Part shown: positions 13,401 through 19,681 of the stretch, piece after piece
Layout of the letters: each line of letters begins with the position of its first letter
Numbering within the stretch: position 1 is the stretch's first letter
From: a virus
Strand: one strand, 5' to 3'
DNA length: 64,000 nt
IMG/VR virus record: IMGVR_UViG_3300028920_000032
Coordinates: 1-64,000 of that record
Position numbers and translations under genes: made by a program
The notes under the pieces: generated by a model
Seen by the model: the letters and a program-made list of their open reading frames with translations, nothing else
What the model was told of the DNA's origin: nothing
Database searches by the model: none

Positions 13401-15034
13401 GAAGAACCATTAACTATTTCTTGATGATCTCCTGCTGAACTTGGATCTTGATATATAGGCCACTCACTGAATTCCCATCGAGTCTCTGCCCAAGTTGCGG
13501 CATCAACAGGAGTTTCAAAAGATGTACTAAGTGCTGTTTCTAAATAACCATTTGAAATATCAGTGTCATCAATTGCTATTTTTGAATAAGTACCACTAGA
13601 CTTTGAATATATTCTCATTTCCCAATTGCCACCATCATCAAATGTTCTAGTCCAAGCATAAACATCATTACTTGTAAATTCTGCATTTATCAAATCTCTT
13701 AGTTGATTCAATGTAGTAGTTCCAGTTACTGTAACTGTTATTATAACAGGAGTTCTATCTGGAGGATTTGTAGAATCGTTATTTAATATAATTCTAAAAT
13801 CATAATCATTTGCTGCTAAGCCTAAAGCAGCATCTGGATCTGCTACTGTTAAACCAAAGTCAATATATCCTCTAGTCTCTGGTGAATCAAATTCAATAAT
13901 TTTAAATGCTCCGCCAAATTGATCTGATTTTGCAATTTCAAATGAATAAGTTTGACTACCTAAAAAATCTCTATTGTCATATATAGGTAACAATATACTT
14001 AACGTAGTTTTGTGGTCATCAAAATATATTCTAGAAGTTTCATTATATTTTTTTAAACCGCCAATTACCCTTATAAAGTTAGTGTCGTTTTCTATTCTGT
14101 TAAAGTTAGTAGATTTTTGTTCTCTGAATACATCTGATTTTAGTTCAGCATGATATACTCCAGATTCTGCAAAAAAATCTGAAGCTAATAATTTATGACC
14201 AACTCTTCGTAAATTTTTAATTGTTTTAGTATCTTCACCAACTTCTAAAATTCCTAAATTGTTTGCTAATAATTGTACATATGAATCTGGATAGTGATTA
14301 TAACCTGGATATTCTACATCTTCACTAGTAAAATCAGTGGTTTCATCGTTTATGTCAAAAATAGAAGAAGAATATGGTACTACAAATTCATCACTTGAAT
14401 ATATTGGGAAATTATAAGAATCACTATCTGTATTAATTTGTCTGACGGTTATTATATATTCTTCATAATTAGCAGGTATTGAACTTTCGGAGACATCAGT
14501 ATAGATAGCTCTATAATATCCAGTATATGTTCCACTCGGATCATCTAATATAGGTGTAGTATCATAATTCCACGCATGTTCATCTGTCCATAAAGTAGTT
14601 CCATCATCTCTTTTAAAACCAATAATTTGTTTAAAATTACTAGTTATTGTTCCCTGTGTTTTGCTTAAAGCAATTCCTTTGCTTATTTTTAATGGTGTCA
14701 CGTCGATTACATTATAAAAATCTTCAGGATCTGTATAAGACTCTTCTGTACCTACTGTTAATTTCCAATCATCTTGAGTATTCTTTAATACAGCATTTAA
14801 ACCTTTATCAATATTTATTCCATTTATTGTATTGTTAACAACTTCATCATTAGATAAAAGGTTTATAATAGGTCTATTGTCATCCCAAGCACGTACTATA
14901 TCTTCATTTAAGTAGCCTTCAATACCGGGATCCCCATCAACATCTAATCCATAAGTATTAACATGATCAGTGCCTATATGTTCTGGGTGTGAATTCCCTA
15001 ATCGACCTGTACTCCATTTTTTCAAATCTGCCAT
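1463..15034 (-). CDS. giant (4523 aa) tail fibre/adhesin with LamG-like, beta-helix and propeller-like segments, nested repeats and a C-terminal intramolecular chaperone (Peptidase_G2-like)
   Basis: C-terminus DLAEGF...KPGYV...VVGVYSD...IPIGLSGKVKV...IGDMLVS..G.A...IIGKVLE is the typical IMC autocleavage domain; FLDSVNGSD..DGLT...PVKTLAQAL beta-helix cap; fibre motifs GYFEVERG and FNEDGLDYDFRIES; AGGAG SD. Confidence 0.85.
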   Translation of the reverse strand: MADLKKWSTGRLGNSHPEHIGTDHVNTYGLDVDGDPGIEGYLNEDIVRAWDDNRPIINLLSNDEVVNNTINGINIDKGLNAVLKNTQDDWKLTVGTEESYTDPEDFYNVIDVTPLKISKGIALSKTQGTITSNFKQIIGFKRDDGTTLWTDEHAWNYDTTPILDDPSGTYTGYYRAIYTDVSESSIPANYEEYIITVRQINTDSDSYNFPIYSSDEFVVPYSSSIFDINDETTDFTSEDVEYPGYNHYPDSYVQLLANNLGILEVGEDTKTIKNLRRVGHKLLASDFFAESGVYHAELKSDVFREQKSTNFNRIENDTNFIRVIGGLKKYNETSRIYFDDHKTTLSILLPIYDNRDFLGSQTYSFEIAKSDQFGGAFKIIEFDSPETRGYIDFGLTVADPDAALGLAANDYDFRIILNNDSTNPPDRTPVIITVTVTGTTTLNQLRDLINAEFTSNDVYAWTRTFDDGGNWEMRIYSKSSGTYSKIAIDDTDISNGYLETALSTSFETPVDAATWAETRWEFSEWPIYQDPSSAGDHQEIVNGSSITTSNFEAETIGRQLTEAMFNAGFRNFTVGLNNTLDDNHTCELYVMSNSSTQGYQELGITIPFTYNDSGLNQLSTYYFKLTIDGAAAEEFNFTTSTDTSYAAVVNAINSALSGKAHFEFTGTNDLKFVSDSYGPQSSIQTGDGVTGTNLFGAAYPAAGFPPVVSHSSPVAGTGNTITARARQINTFAIYTDSEKERAYYSHSDDILYITPDTETDIRDYIDTEHAYKSDTSDNRWSTHHDRVIQLDFSGHASGWTADAYITKIYSFTTNSKEHLIIGNNEGELFFTDDTNNLYNDDLDIDTVFTKLTDASLNNCEQINNFFIYEDVANTKRFLFIMSTYRIFFADVWSGLAAGTVFSEVKCESGGVVTNLTHRMFTQINDAIDWQANVSGSVSNKYLIFVGDSTTNLYTDWIYAPILYALYDDSTQTFDWYADEIYKKTQIDNIKSIVKHNGWEDPEQTYQLFITNNANGPEIWTGNSQNNDTDIGGGGDDRFARFSWVEANYENSNDHLEIDDNISTLNYIEAFDNRIFIGGTRSSSTIYGGFYSYALNKLQKYFKRDAYSAYYDSSADVLYATISNGALANSDPCILKVSEELDDGRCQLASKSGILQFNLYSDSSFRIILQGFNVGGVDYDDGDIDADSGGYNIVFDASAAATIQDVVDAINGDDINADGFKTAYREGSGIQVDLTPVIRARAITDYEKFGDTYSDNTKKIIIESKTADPGEGSGHTNTQETTQTDCAIKLLNPTQGTSILGTGVGTIEMDIGDYAEANLQLLDWNSAECYQLRRVSSSSFSFGGNTYVSINSAVSTGYQILAGSLRIKTNSTNELGFSQGRGQIISGSTATGLPNDSTTFTFKVTFDAGGTPVVDNVSFAGSAAQTMTDLLSAINTDLTGGTASLQTIGATAEYCDIVITSATTGDDSSVLIEEDSSGTYLFSRDGLDIILNTPIPGSTTLVTEGTQTFGFTWENADYFLVPYHPTSHDFRIYIPNGTTRVDTGDTIWLDFWMWKMLAKVAAKVGGADNLPLTGEWTYEIEGKRIVVKDTPNTITPEDIYFVDIKTEKVLKKVDLGTIVPTTQTELSDEFHASQPQNLSNSEISLSRPLARIGALHYGIALWSTDTTDPITTDYSFFLPRIDLVRVNKNINDLGNRIDILKGAPDPDLPYVNLPLLDQDQYNFLYTIFVNSQDYNQNNISRAPYYSSDEFEKGRIYLDGNIHYFKSENELISTRGLTPLKDIEVTKKEVVNADYELVKILDPVGVNDYRKRNQEYSNLDYSECIFLDSVNGSDISDGLTRSTPVKTLAQALTLCSAIRPNIVIIKNINLTIPTLANATISETFGIRLIAEHVAIIDQLTLGSEVYLQGIKITTHLKLANNHNLNAKYCQFKKIITDTTVALDNIIVRVDNSIIEQEGLLVSNAGTHDINGAISVAFNNVYISDDAQLLNFNPNSYDTTATNTFTFTNITNAKTSTLGSGRKVIITPYSTSLTISIVDSILPYDPTANETLFDSDAIVTITRSLLYLVNNAGTGSIVNNDSTIVLGTNDEIDIHANGASVSIARGDSADSLALKYVDRVNDAGAFIEKRFERGIENYEENSSEESILKLDDQRIEYRSDLVSDHFTYWLRFKPADSYQTSGILFDSRYSLDYDSDTSTFNLNGADFIQIVYDNKTYGTNYLSSDNYCFKLIISNSLTTTISVIGPYFNSSNNFEYAQWHELGVVLEQSKTYNPKYDYVDISDGAGDYNRIQTIIYTVWDRDIDRVYAPKNNLFEDSAGSDITTSNWHLGNILSTHFNLGGGWTSTWTQTISGYEWSTWTPSTYSMLVDKLIVSRDLIPVNIVKEFGTKTIIDIKETNYNVPRLDDKNSTLIVQCNNSHPYSDNGVEPFRDYKINARYYEGLENHAIAIEDQHTNLLTYGKFDSDTWYDRREAHQWSSVGQVVSKIWDAEPAISTADPTNELVIVLLERDGNVYVEFVNYTTYAVSDSTMIVASDTLLEGWLAVYGSYVIITYIKSSDNKAYFRTIAITGHAISSEYAIDSNTADHVYACRGHDNDYAAFAFHDSIANQGYAKVMNITTGVDVHAKTAISDGDDISYVAIAETTDQNGNETYTIFYTVDPSNNLNYTMYSSNLSTVILSHDTLISSQTPTDLQALVLPNGNFVIKWKDYNAGTDSPINFSIKTVEGKDIISNESIFTTNAPESRTDDMRLVPGSNIMFVNQDDTSKEITYSIFDGNGIKLNQSDNIRSFIEKNFLSFALGTSYITNELTLIGAVDTDSEGWLVNSENELPIGWYRDFTGTYDEFTAETYETRTLFGDALHVRFNHTAAADETGEFIGNAETNDLSQFSGNDQTDGTISATAGSAMHGDYGYEFEYDGTGPILYLEKTGISGDAYTYARFYIKINSNFVLGGSDPKRIEICQFGPGGVNNVIVELELNTADGKFKLRASHSVAGTDTTATSVINYGVEQYIDIAYLADAIHPLDGGYKIAVDGVEVIDQTGVAGMPALGTPVEISIGSQSGSHNPTSESKFYIDDVRVEAFSTEDDYIGEFTVGYGQGDIWSRATITNSSSKHYISGVQFIQIGTIELKLTGTALDDDIVVQFNEDGTYSHETENDNLTDIDIRQINFNGIKRFAIGFTVDNTGYVDVHIKSMNSDEDSRIDEFLIDNVKIEANNWPTSIDANETSLLYYPTSMKKKGNIFLRITPEFLYNDSNNHSLVAGRAVDDTGTVYVTHELFYEASSDHFKFLLRDNTGNTVSVESGAYGVADVTKKLTDLNERKTIVVNWDVDEGLLTMYIDETVYEASFSPASLVDFKPSIMTFIGGRPDGTAKAESLYSLIRIGDEPITSKEVEIFRGKMNPFLRSNNNNVGDVIVNKITFSGVDASDEGTIYTEVDDIGNTSLIVEIADDFDDKFIIRHQGSDLAIFGSGCLEINGIIKASVMEIDSTTTLTTFDDHITVRYGFSGTPPEFNDGYFEVERGTETNAEIRFDESQDAWIIKDGTNNNISIDGTHIGTWQSDQDFNLVANGTGIITFSTGSSTDGGSGDGTQNRTDGTERLRLTPTIAIFNEDGLDYDFRIESENEEYMLFVNAADDRILIGRGTTELTAGNLVVNHAITVQQGDDASYGYVEFRNDSGDRAGYIGNGNGSDTWEIVSELTNFIIQGDDIKISALDVVELVCTTLEVDTTVEMKTGNYIAWEDDLTNAKIEYTDDALNYANESQNGVAQIAEISCPSDTARSLSGKYWNLSSVNEEYYVWYYIDDGQYEITEVTCPGSTAGALSETYWYLNSPNDEFYVWYHVDEVAEVTQVDCKDATNSFGKYWTISAPEGYYYVWYDDSILTYTDPQLPNRVGIRIEITAGWTASQVATQTATILNATPQFSVPAPGADVITVTNITEGAVTNASIGDGAVDSVTVTTNGLNESVDPDVAGRTSIKVDLAYTDSATNVANKTATAITALADFTASFLSAVVTITNNYKGHIDDATNQTTGVSVNVTQQGITPSYDPGDPSTAGQVEMTTISCTADSSKSHSGKYWTLNSKTGTYYVWYNILGNVEIFNARPDDNAAGQQFSKYFVFYANNANGQEIKYYVWYDDSSYTYTDPQISDAYGIRVEVVDAETAVNMAAKTATAIDNYSTDFASGNVSDVFTVTMIYNGNVTNPDSGDVTWVAVPNVTTPGVDDSTDPKVANKSGIEVVIIENETADNVAEKTKDVLDAMYEFNATRVGAALYTETAAPADVTDATGGSLAWTINVTQQGINPSTGGTAVGTGIQVTIIENETNINLAEKTKDEIDALSDFGATRNSNIITITNAHKGEILEPSDRDAGVSVNVTTPGTSGNSKIHGVGVAGAFAAHRIYNAVWNDLAEGFDISPTSSDHKPGYVYVMTDQGIELSSKRADKAVVGVYSDTYGFCLGSGGIGIKDSRIPIGLSGKVKVWIAEPLEIGDMLVSYYDGFATKATEEERKDRGIIIGKVLESSYDNKPKRIWILI

Positions 15035-15063
15035 TTTTATGCTCCTATATTATTGTCATATAT

Positions 15064-15148
15064 TTTATCTTGATTGTGGAAAATAAAACTTTAACTTTTC
15101 AAAAGAGAAAACAAGATAAATCTATAAAATTTGACTAAAAAAGATAAA
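15064..15148. promoter_or_regulatory. AAGATAAA motifs upstream of the giant fibre gene (-) and the GIY-YIG gene (+)
   Basis: 15064-15071 (-), 15113-15120 (+), 15141-15148 (+). Confidence 0.5.
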
Positions 15149-15158
15149 AGGATAAGTT

Positions 15159-15668
15159 ATGAATGGCGTATATGTTATTAAAAATATTAAAGAAAACAAA
15201 TTGTATGTTGGATCTTCAATGTATCCAGATTATAGAATACATACTCACTTTAAACAATTGAATGAAAAAACACACGTTAATAAAGAACTTCAAAACGATT
15301 ATAATAGACTTGGAAAAACTAACTTTTCATTTGAAATAATTATTGATGATTTAGAATATTCTGAATTAAAATCTAAAGAACAAGAATATATTGATTCTCT
15401 TAATTCTATAAATGAAGGCTATAATCAAAATAAAGCTAAAGGTTGCAGATTATATAAAAAGAAAAATAGTGAAAATTTTAAAAATGTAAAAATTGATTTT
15501 GATTTACATCATAAAATTAAAGAGATATCATTGAAAACTGGAATTAGCGTTGGGAAACTCATCAGTATGGGTGCTATTAAAATAATTGAAGAATTTCGAA
15601 ATGGAGAATTTGATAAACTAATAACAGTACAAAAAAAGATACGTCGAGATGGTACTATTATTCGCTAG
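15159..15668 (+). CDS. GIY-YIG endonuclease with C-terminal ribbon-helix-helix-like domain
   Basis: GVYVI...LYVGSS...R...H and NEGYN motifs; KNVKIDFDLHHKIKEIS is RHH-like. Confidence 0.8.
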   Translation: MNGVYVIKNIKENKLYVGSSMYPDYRIHTHFKQLNEKTHVNKELQNDYNRLGKTNFSFEIIIDDLEYSELKSKEQEYIDSLNSINEGYNQNKAKGCRLYKKKNSENFKNVKIDFDLHHKIKEISLKTGISVGKLISMGAIKIIEEFRNGEFDKLITVQKKIRRDGTIIR

Positions 15669-16684
15669 TTTTCTTTTTTCTCAAATATTTTCTCTATAAC
15701 AATATGATATGCGTCACTGCGACTTAATTCTTCATCTGGTTCAATTTTAAACTTATTGAACTTTTCCATAAAATTTTTCAATCTCTTATCATGCATTTCT
15801 TTTAATGGTATTAAAGATTTTTTTGAATAATCTTTTGAGTTACCAGATTCAATATCAATAAAAAAACCATCGTCATTACCCATTATGCCCATTCTAATAA
15901 TAAAATAATTATTTGCCACTAGTCTTGTGTCTAACAATTTTAAGAATTTTTTTGCTTCTTCAACTTGATATCTATATCTTATTTTTTTTTGGAAATCTTC
16001 TAACTCACTCAATATCAATAACATTGATCTAGTTTGCTGGAATGGCTTAATTAAATAATTTGTAAAATGTAAAGTCAAATAATATCTATCTTCATTACTA
16101 TATGAGCCATCAATTTTAAAATGATATTTTTCTGCTATTCTTTTTAATTTATTAAATATTTTTGGCTCTTCTTTGTGCAGTTTTTTTGAAAATTCTCTTC
16201 CTTTTTCATATTCTTCTCTATTTCTACCATATCTTTTACCAAGTTTTTTTGCTTCTGCAAGTTCTTCTATTATATTATCAAAAACAGTATTCAATGAAAT
16301 ATTAGTTAGTTTAATTGGTTTTGTTTCAGTAGTACCAACTCTAACTGGTCCAGCCATAAATCCCCAATATAATTTATTCTTTTTAACTTGAAATTCTATT
16401 TCTACTGGTTCTTTATTTTTTGCTAAATCAAATTCAATTTCAAATATGTTTGTAGAAAACATAGGATTATGTGGTCCTAATGAATCAGTCACTGATCTTC
16501 TTAAGCGATCTATTATTTTTTCTATATTGTTCTTGTTAACTTCTAATCCTACCTGTTTTAATTTACGAAAGAGTAATTTTATTGATTCTATTGGAAATTC
16601 TGCTAGTACATCAAGTGCATTTTCATTACCTAATTTTTCGAGTGATTTACTTCTAGCTTCTAACAATTGTTTTAGTTTAAACAT
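15665..16684 (-). CDS. hypothetical protein, possible internal head protein
   Basis: 339-aa ORF; N-terminal MFKLKQLLE; C-terminal HIVIEKIF motif. Confidence 0.7.
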   Translation of the reverse strand: MFKLKQLLEARSKSLEKLGNENALDVLAEFPIESIKLLFRKLKQVGLEVNKNNIEKIIDRLRRSVTDSLGPHNPMFSTNIFEIEFDLAKNKEPVEIEFQVKKNKLYWGFMAGPVRVGTTETKPIKLTNISLNTVFDNIIEELAEAKKLGKRYGRNREEYEKGREFSKKLHKEEPKIFNKLKRIAEKYHFKIDGSYSNEDRYYLTLHFTNYLIKPFQQTRSMLLILSELEDFQKKIRYRYQVEEAKKFLKLLDTRLVANNYFIIRMGIMGNDDGFFIDIESGNSKDYSKKSLIPLKEMHDKRLKNFMEKFNKFKIEPDEELSRSDAYHIVIEKIFEKKEN

Positions 16685-16692
16685 TAAATCCT

Positions 16693-17151
16693 TTATAATT
16701 TCCCCATTATTATATTAACATTATCACATACTTTTTTCTTTATTGATTCATCTAAAAGATCTATGTGTCTCATTGCAAACTCGTTTAATATACCCCATTT
16801 GTATGACTGGTATACATTGCCAATTGGCCAAACTCCCAATAGATATTCATAAGCATTTTCATTCTCTTCCCAGTCTGTCAATACTTTTCCATAAGCGTCT
16901 ACGTCTGTAAAATAATATGGGCTGGAATAATCTACCCAATCACCCCAATGTCCAGGTCCTATGTCACTAATATTATCTTCTAAAATTTTTCTACTCCATT
17001 TTTTAACAACTGCTAACTTTGCAAGGCTAAATATTTCATCCATATATTCTGGGCCTTCATCATTTGTAATTCTAAATTTCTTATTTCTAGTTGAGACATC
17101 ATTTTTTGTAATTGCTTTAAAAATGATTTTGATTAGTATGTGACTATCCAT
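16693..17151 (-). CDS. hypothetical protein
   Basis: 152-aa ORF preceded by AAGATAAA motif; N-terminal HILIKIIF. Confidence 0.7.
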   Translation of the reverse strand: MDSHILIKIIFKAITKNDVSTRNKKFRITNDEGPEYMDEIFSLAKLAVVKKWSRKILEDNISDIGPGHWGDWVDYSSPYYFTDVDAYGKVLTDWEENENAYEYLLGVWPIGNVYQSYKWGILNEFAMRHIDLLDESIKKKVCDNVNIIMGKL

Positions 17152-17157
17152 CTTAGA

Positions 17158-17183
17158 TTTATCTTGCCTTAGAGAAAGATAAA
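17158..17183. promoter_or_regulatory. back-to-back AAGATAAA motifs, putative divergent phage promoters
   Basis: 17158-17165 (-) lies 6 nt before the 17151 ATG and 17176-17183 (+) lies 3 nt before the 17187 ATG; motif recurs before other genes. Confidence 0.55.
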
Positions 17184-17186
17184 TGT

Positions 17187-17426
17187 ATGAAGCTAGATAA
17201 AGTATTAGACTTGATAAAAGAAAAGAAATCCTCAGACAGTGGGTACAAAGCCATGGCGACTAGTGCAGGTGTAAAAGAATGGCCAAAAGTTAAAAAATAT
17301 CTTAAAAGCAAAAAAACTAAAGAGACTATGAAAGATGTCAAAAAAAGGGCTAAGAAAGCTAAAGATCCAGAAGCTTATGCTGCAGCTGTCGAAAGGAAAA
17401 TGGTATCAGGACATTTTAAAAAATGA
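17187..17426 (+). CDS. small basic protein, possible capsid internal protein
   Basis: MKLDKVLDLIKE N-terminus, K-rich, AKDPEAYAAA motif; ATGA overlap with next gene. Confidence 0.7.
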   Translation: MKLDKVLDLIKEKKSSDSGYKAMATSAGVKEWPKVKKYLKSKKTKETMKDVKKRAKKAKDPEAYAAAVERKMVSGHFKK

Positions 17427-17770
17427 AATTACATGAAGTTTTAGAAATGGGTGGATGGCGAAACATGGTTCATCCTTCAACATTTATAAAAACGCAAGTT
17501 GTTCAACCAATTACTCACCAAACTAATGAACCAGAGCAGACTGACTTTAACAAAGCAGCTAGAAAAAAGAAAGAGCAAGAACGAATAGATTGGACTGAAT
17601 ATAATAAAAAAAGTGAAGAACAATTAAAAAATTATTTTGACAATATACAAGATGCTGATTATGCTGATGAAAAGTTAGCCGCCATGGTTAAGAAATTAGA
17701 GAAGAATCAAGAACTCAACAAAAAGAGTGACTATCAAAAGTATACTAAAAAAATAAATAGAAAAATATAA
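17423..17770 (+). CDS. hypothetical protein, possible capsid internal protein
   Basis: MKLHEVLE N-terminus; translationally coupled to 17187..17426. Confidence 0.7.
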   Translation: MKLHEVLEMGGWRNMVHPSTFIKTQVVQPITHQTNEPEQTDFNKAARKKKEQERIDWTEYNKKSEEQLKNYFDNIQDADYADEKLAAMVKKLEKNQELNKKSDYQKYTKKINRKI

Positions 17771-17806
17771 TAAAGCCAAATAAATTATATTTATGCCATC
17801 TTACAA

Positions 17807-18028
17807 CTATAGATGGCGATTTTGATGCAATAGTTTATATTCTTCAATTTGATGGAGATTATAATACTTGGGAAATAATATTTTACCATCTTTAGTACAA
17901 TCACCTCTTTTTTCGAACGATTCTTTATGCCATGATCTAACTGGTCTTGGTAAAATGCCTCTTTTTAATATAGAATTTCTATTATAAATAGGACTAATAT
18001 GATATACATTCATCATTTCCATATACAA
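17807..18028 (-). pseudogene. truncated ADP-ribosyltransferase/Tpt1-fold-like fragment
   Basis: VYHISP..NRNSILKRGILP resembles the LYH.T...N..SI...GL.P start of ART-fold phage proteins, but the ORF is only about 70 aa. Confidence 0.45.
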
Positions 18029-18047
18029 ATATATGCACTAAGAAATC

Positions 18048-18115
18048 CCTGAGCCCGCAAAATTCCCGTCCGCGTACCCGCAAAATTCGGGTAGGGTACC
18101 CGAAAATTTACCGCC
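18048..18115. repeat. GC-rich repeat/hairpin island (three CCCG(C)AAAATT copies, overlapping inverted repeats)
   Basis: gagcccgcaaaattcccgtccgcgtacccgcaaaattcgggtagggtacccgaaaatttaccgcc; stems TACCCG/CGGGTA and TTCGGGTA-ggg-TACCCGAA. Confidence 0.8.
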
Positions 18116-18168
18116 TATAAATAACATATATAAATAACACTATATAAGATTATTAATGCTTTTGTGGT

Positions 18169-18882
18169 TTAAGATTTGATTTCTCTCATTGACCATTTTT
18201 TCCAACGGCCATTATTAATATTGTGATCTTTATCCATTAGATAATTAGCTAAGCAATATTTAAAAACTCTAAAATCCATGCGAGTAATTTTAGATAAATT
18301 AGTATACATCCATTTTAGTACTTCTTCTTTAAATTCAAGTGGCACTCTTGGTAAATAATCTGGGAGTACTTCTTTTATTCTATCTAGAGTTTGTTTTATT
18401 GTTAAATCTATTTTTATTACTTTTGATCTACTTTTAATAGCAGGATCGATTCTCATTTTGTTTGTAATAAATATAACTCCAGAAGTAAATTGAAAACGTT
18501 CTGGTATTTCATCTTTTTTTCTTTTTCTTGTTGTGTCAACCCATGAAATTATTCTTTTTCTCTCATCTTGTAATGCTGTCATTAACAAATTCACTTGTGA
18601 TCTTGTTCTGCCAGCATTATCTATATCATCAAACACAATAATTATATTTTTTCTATGCTTATAGAGGATTTTTGCTAATTCATAACTTCCTTTTATACCA
18701 CCAGAATAAATTACATGTTTAAGATTATTTTTTTTCAAACAATCAATTACTACTCTTGTTTTACCTAAACCAGCTCGGCCATAAACTATAATCGAATTGA
18801 TAAGACTGCGTCCCATAACACTGATATAATTTTCGAGCATTTTAAATTGTTCTTGGTATGGTATTCTTGGAGTCTGAGCCAC
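18169..18882 (-). CDS. AAA+/P-loop ATPase (probable GTG start at 18882)
   Basis: Walker A GRAGLGKT, Walker B IIVFDDID, sensor FITN, arginine finger IKSRS; AGGAGGAG SD before the GTG. Confidence 0.85.
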   Translation of the reverse strand: MAQTPRIPYQEQFKMLENYISVMGRSLINSIIVYGRAGLGKTRVVIDCLKKNNLKHVIYSGGIKGSYELAKILYKHRKNIIIVFDDIDNAGRTRSQVNLLMTALQDERKRIISWVDTTRKRKKDEIPERFQFTSGVIFITNKMRIDPAIKSRSKVIKIDLTIKQTLDRIKEVLPDYLPRVPLEFKEEVLKWMYTNLSKITRMDFRVFKYCLANYLMDKDHNINNGRWKKWSMREIKS

Positions 18883-19039
18883 ATCTCCTCCTAGATATAT
18901 TATATGGCGCACACGAAACTTTATTTTAGAAGCGTAATATAAATATTACTTCTAATAGTTCACTCAAATTCATTCAATAATTTAATATTAAAACCATGAA
19001 ATATTAAAATTTAGTATATTTTTTAGTAACTATTTCATA

Positions 19040-19258
19040 TTATGTTTTGCAAATTTCATCTATTATTTTGTGAAAATTGTTTTTTCCAATCATTGCAACA
19101 ATATCACGAATTGTTGCTGTTGAAAGTTTTCCAATTATTTCATTATCTTTTTTGTTTTGCACATAAAAATATGAAATAAAAGTATGTGGGTCAGTAATAT
19201 AACCAATATTGTGAAATGGGTGTTCTTTATTAATTTTTTCACATGTAGTTATTTTCAT
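19040..19258 (-). CDS. hypothetical protein
   Basis: 72 aa, AGGAG SD. Confidence 0.6.
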   Translation of the reverse strand: MKITTCEKINKEHPFHNIGYITDPHTFISYFYVQNKKDNEIIGKLSTATIRDIVAMIGKNNFHKIIDEICKT

Positions 19259-19314
19259 ATTATTCTCCTACTAAATTTTATACATATAAATATGCTATTC
19301 TGAATTATATACAT

Positions 19315-19584
19315 TTAATGTTTGCCAAATATAAATATTATTGTTTTATGTTTTAATCTGTTAGGAAATGGCATCTTAAGTTTAATGATTTCTCTATCAG
19401 CAACGAATGTATATGCTGCAGAAATAGTATGCATATACATTTCACCTGTTTTAAAATTTATATCAAATGTTGCAACTAATTTCTTCCCATCAACTTGTTT
19501 TATATCTAAGATTTTAAAAATGCTATGTGGTAAACCAACTTCAGGTTTCCACTGGTACCATTTTCCTACTTCTTTTTTTGCCAT
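19315..19584 (-). CDS. hypothetical protein with C-terminal HKTIIFIF motif
   Basis: 89-aa ORF on the coding strand. Confidence 0.65.
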   Translation of the reverse strand: MAKKEVGKWYQWKPEVGLPHSIFKILDIKQVDGKKLVATFDINFKTGEMYMHTISAAYTFVADREIIKLKMPFPNRLKHKTIIFIFGKH

Positions 19585-19681
19585 ATAATTAACTTAGCTC
19601 TTTTTCAGTCCACACTTCAAATATTATATTATGTTTTTCTTGTCAATTTGCAGTGAAATATTGGATATATTCAGCTTTGTG

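Noticed and set aside
18116-18136. T4-type late promoters TATAAATA
   Set aside because: They point antisense into the ATPase 3' end and I did not see this motif before the structural genes
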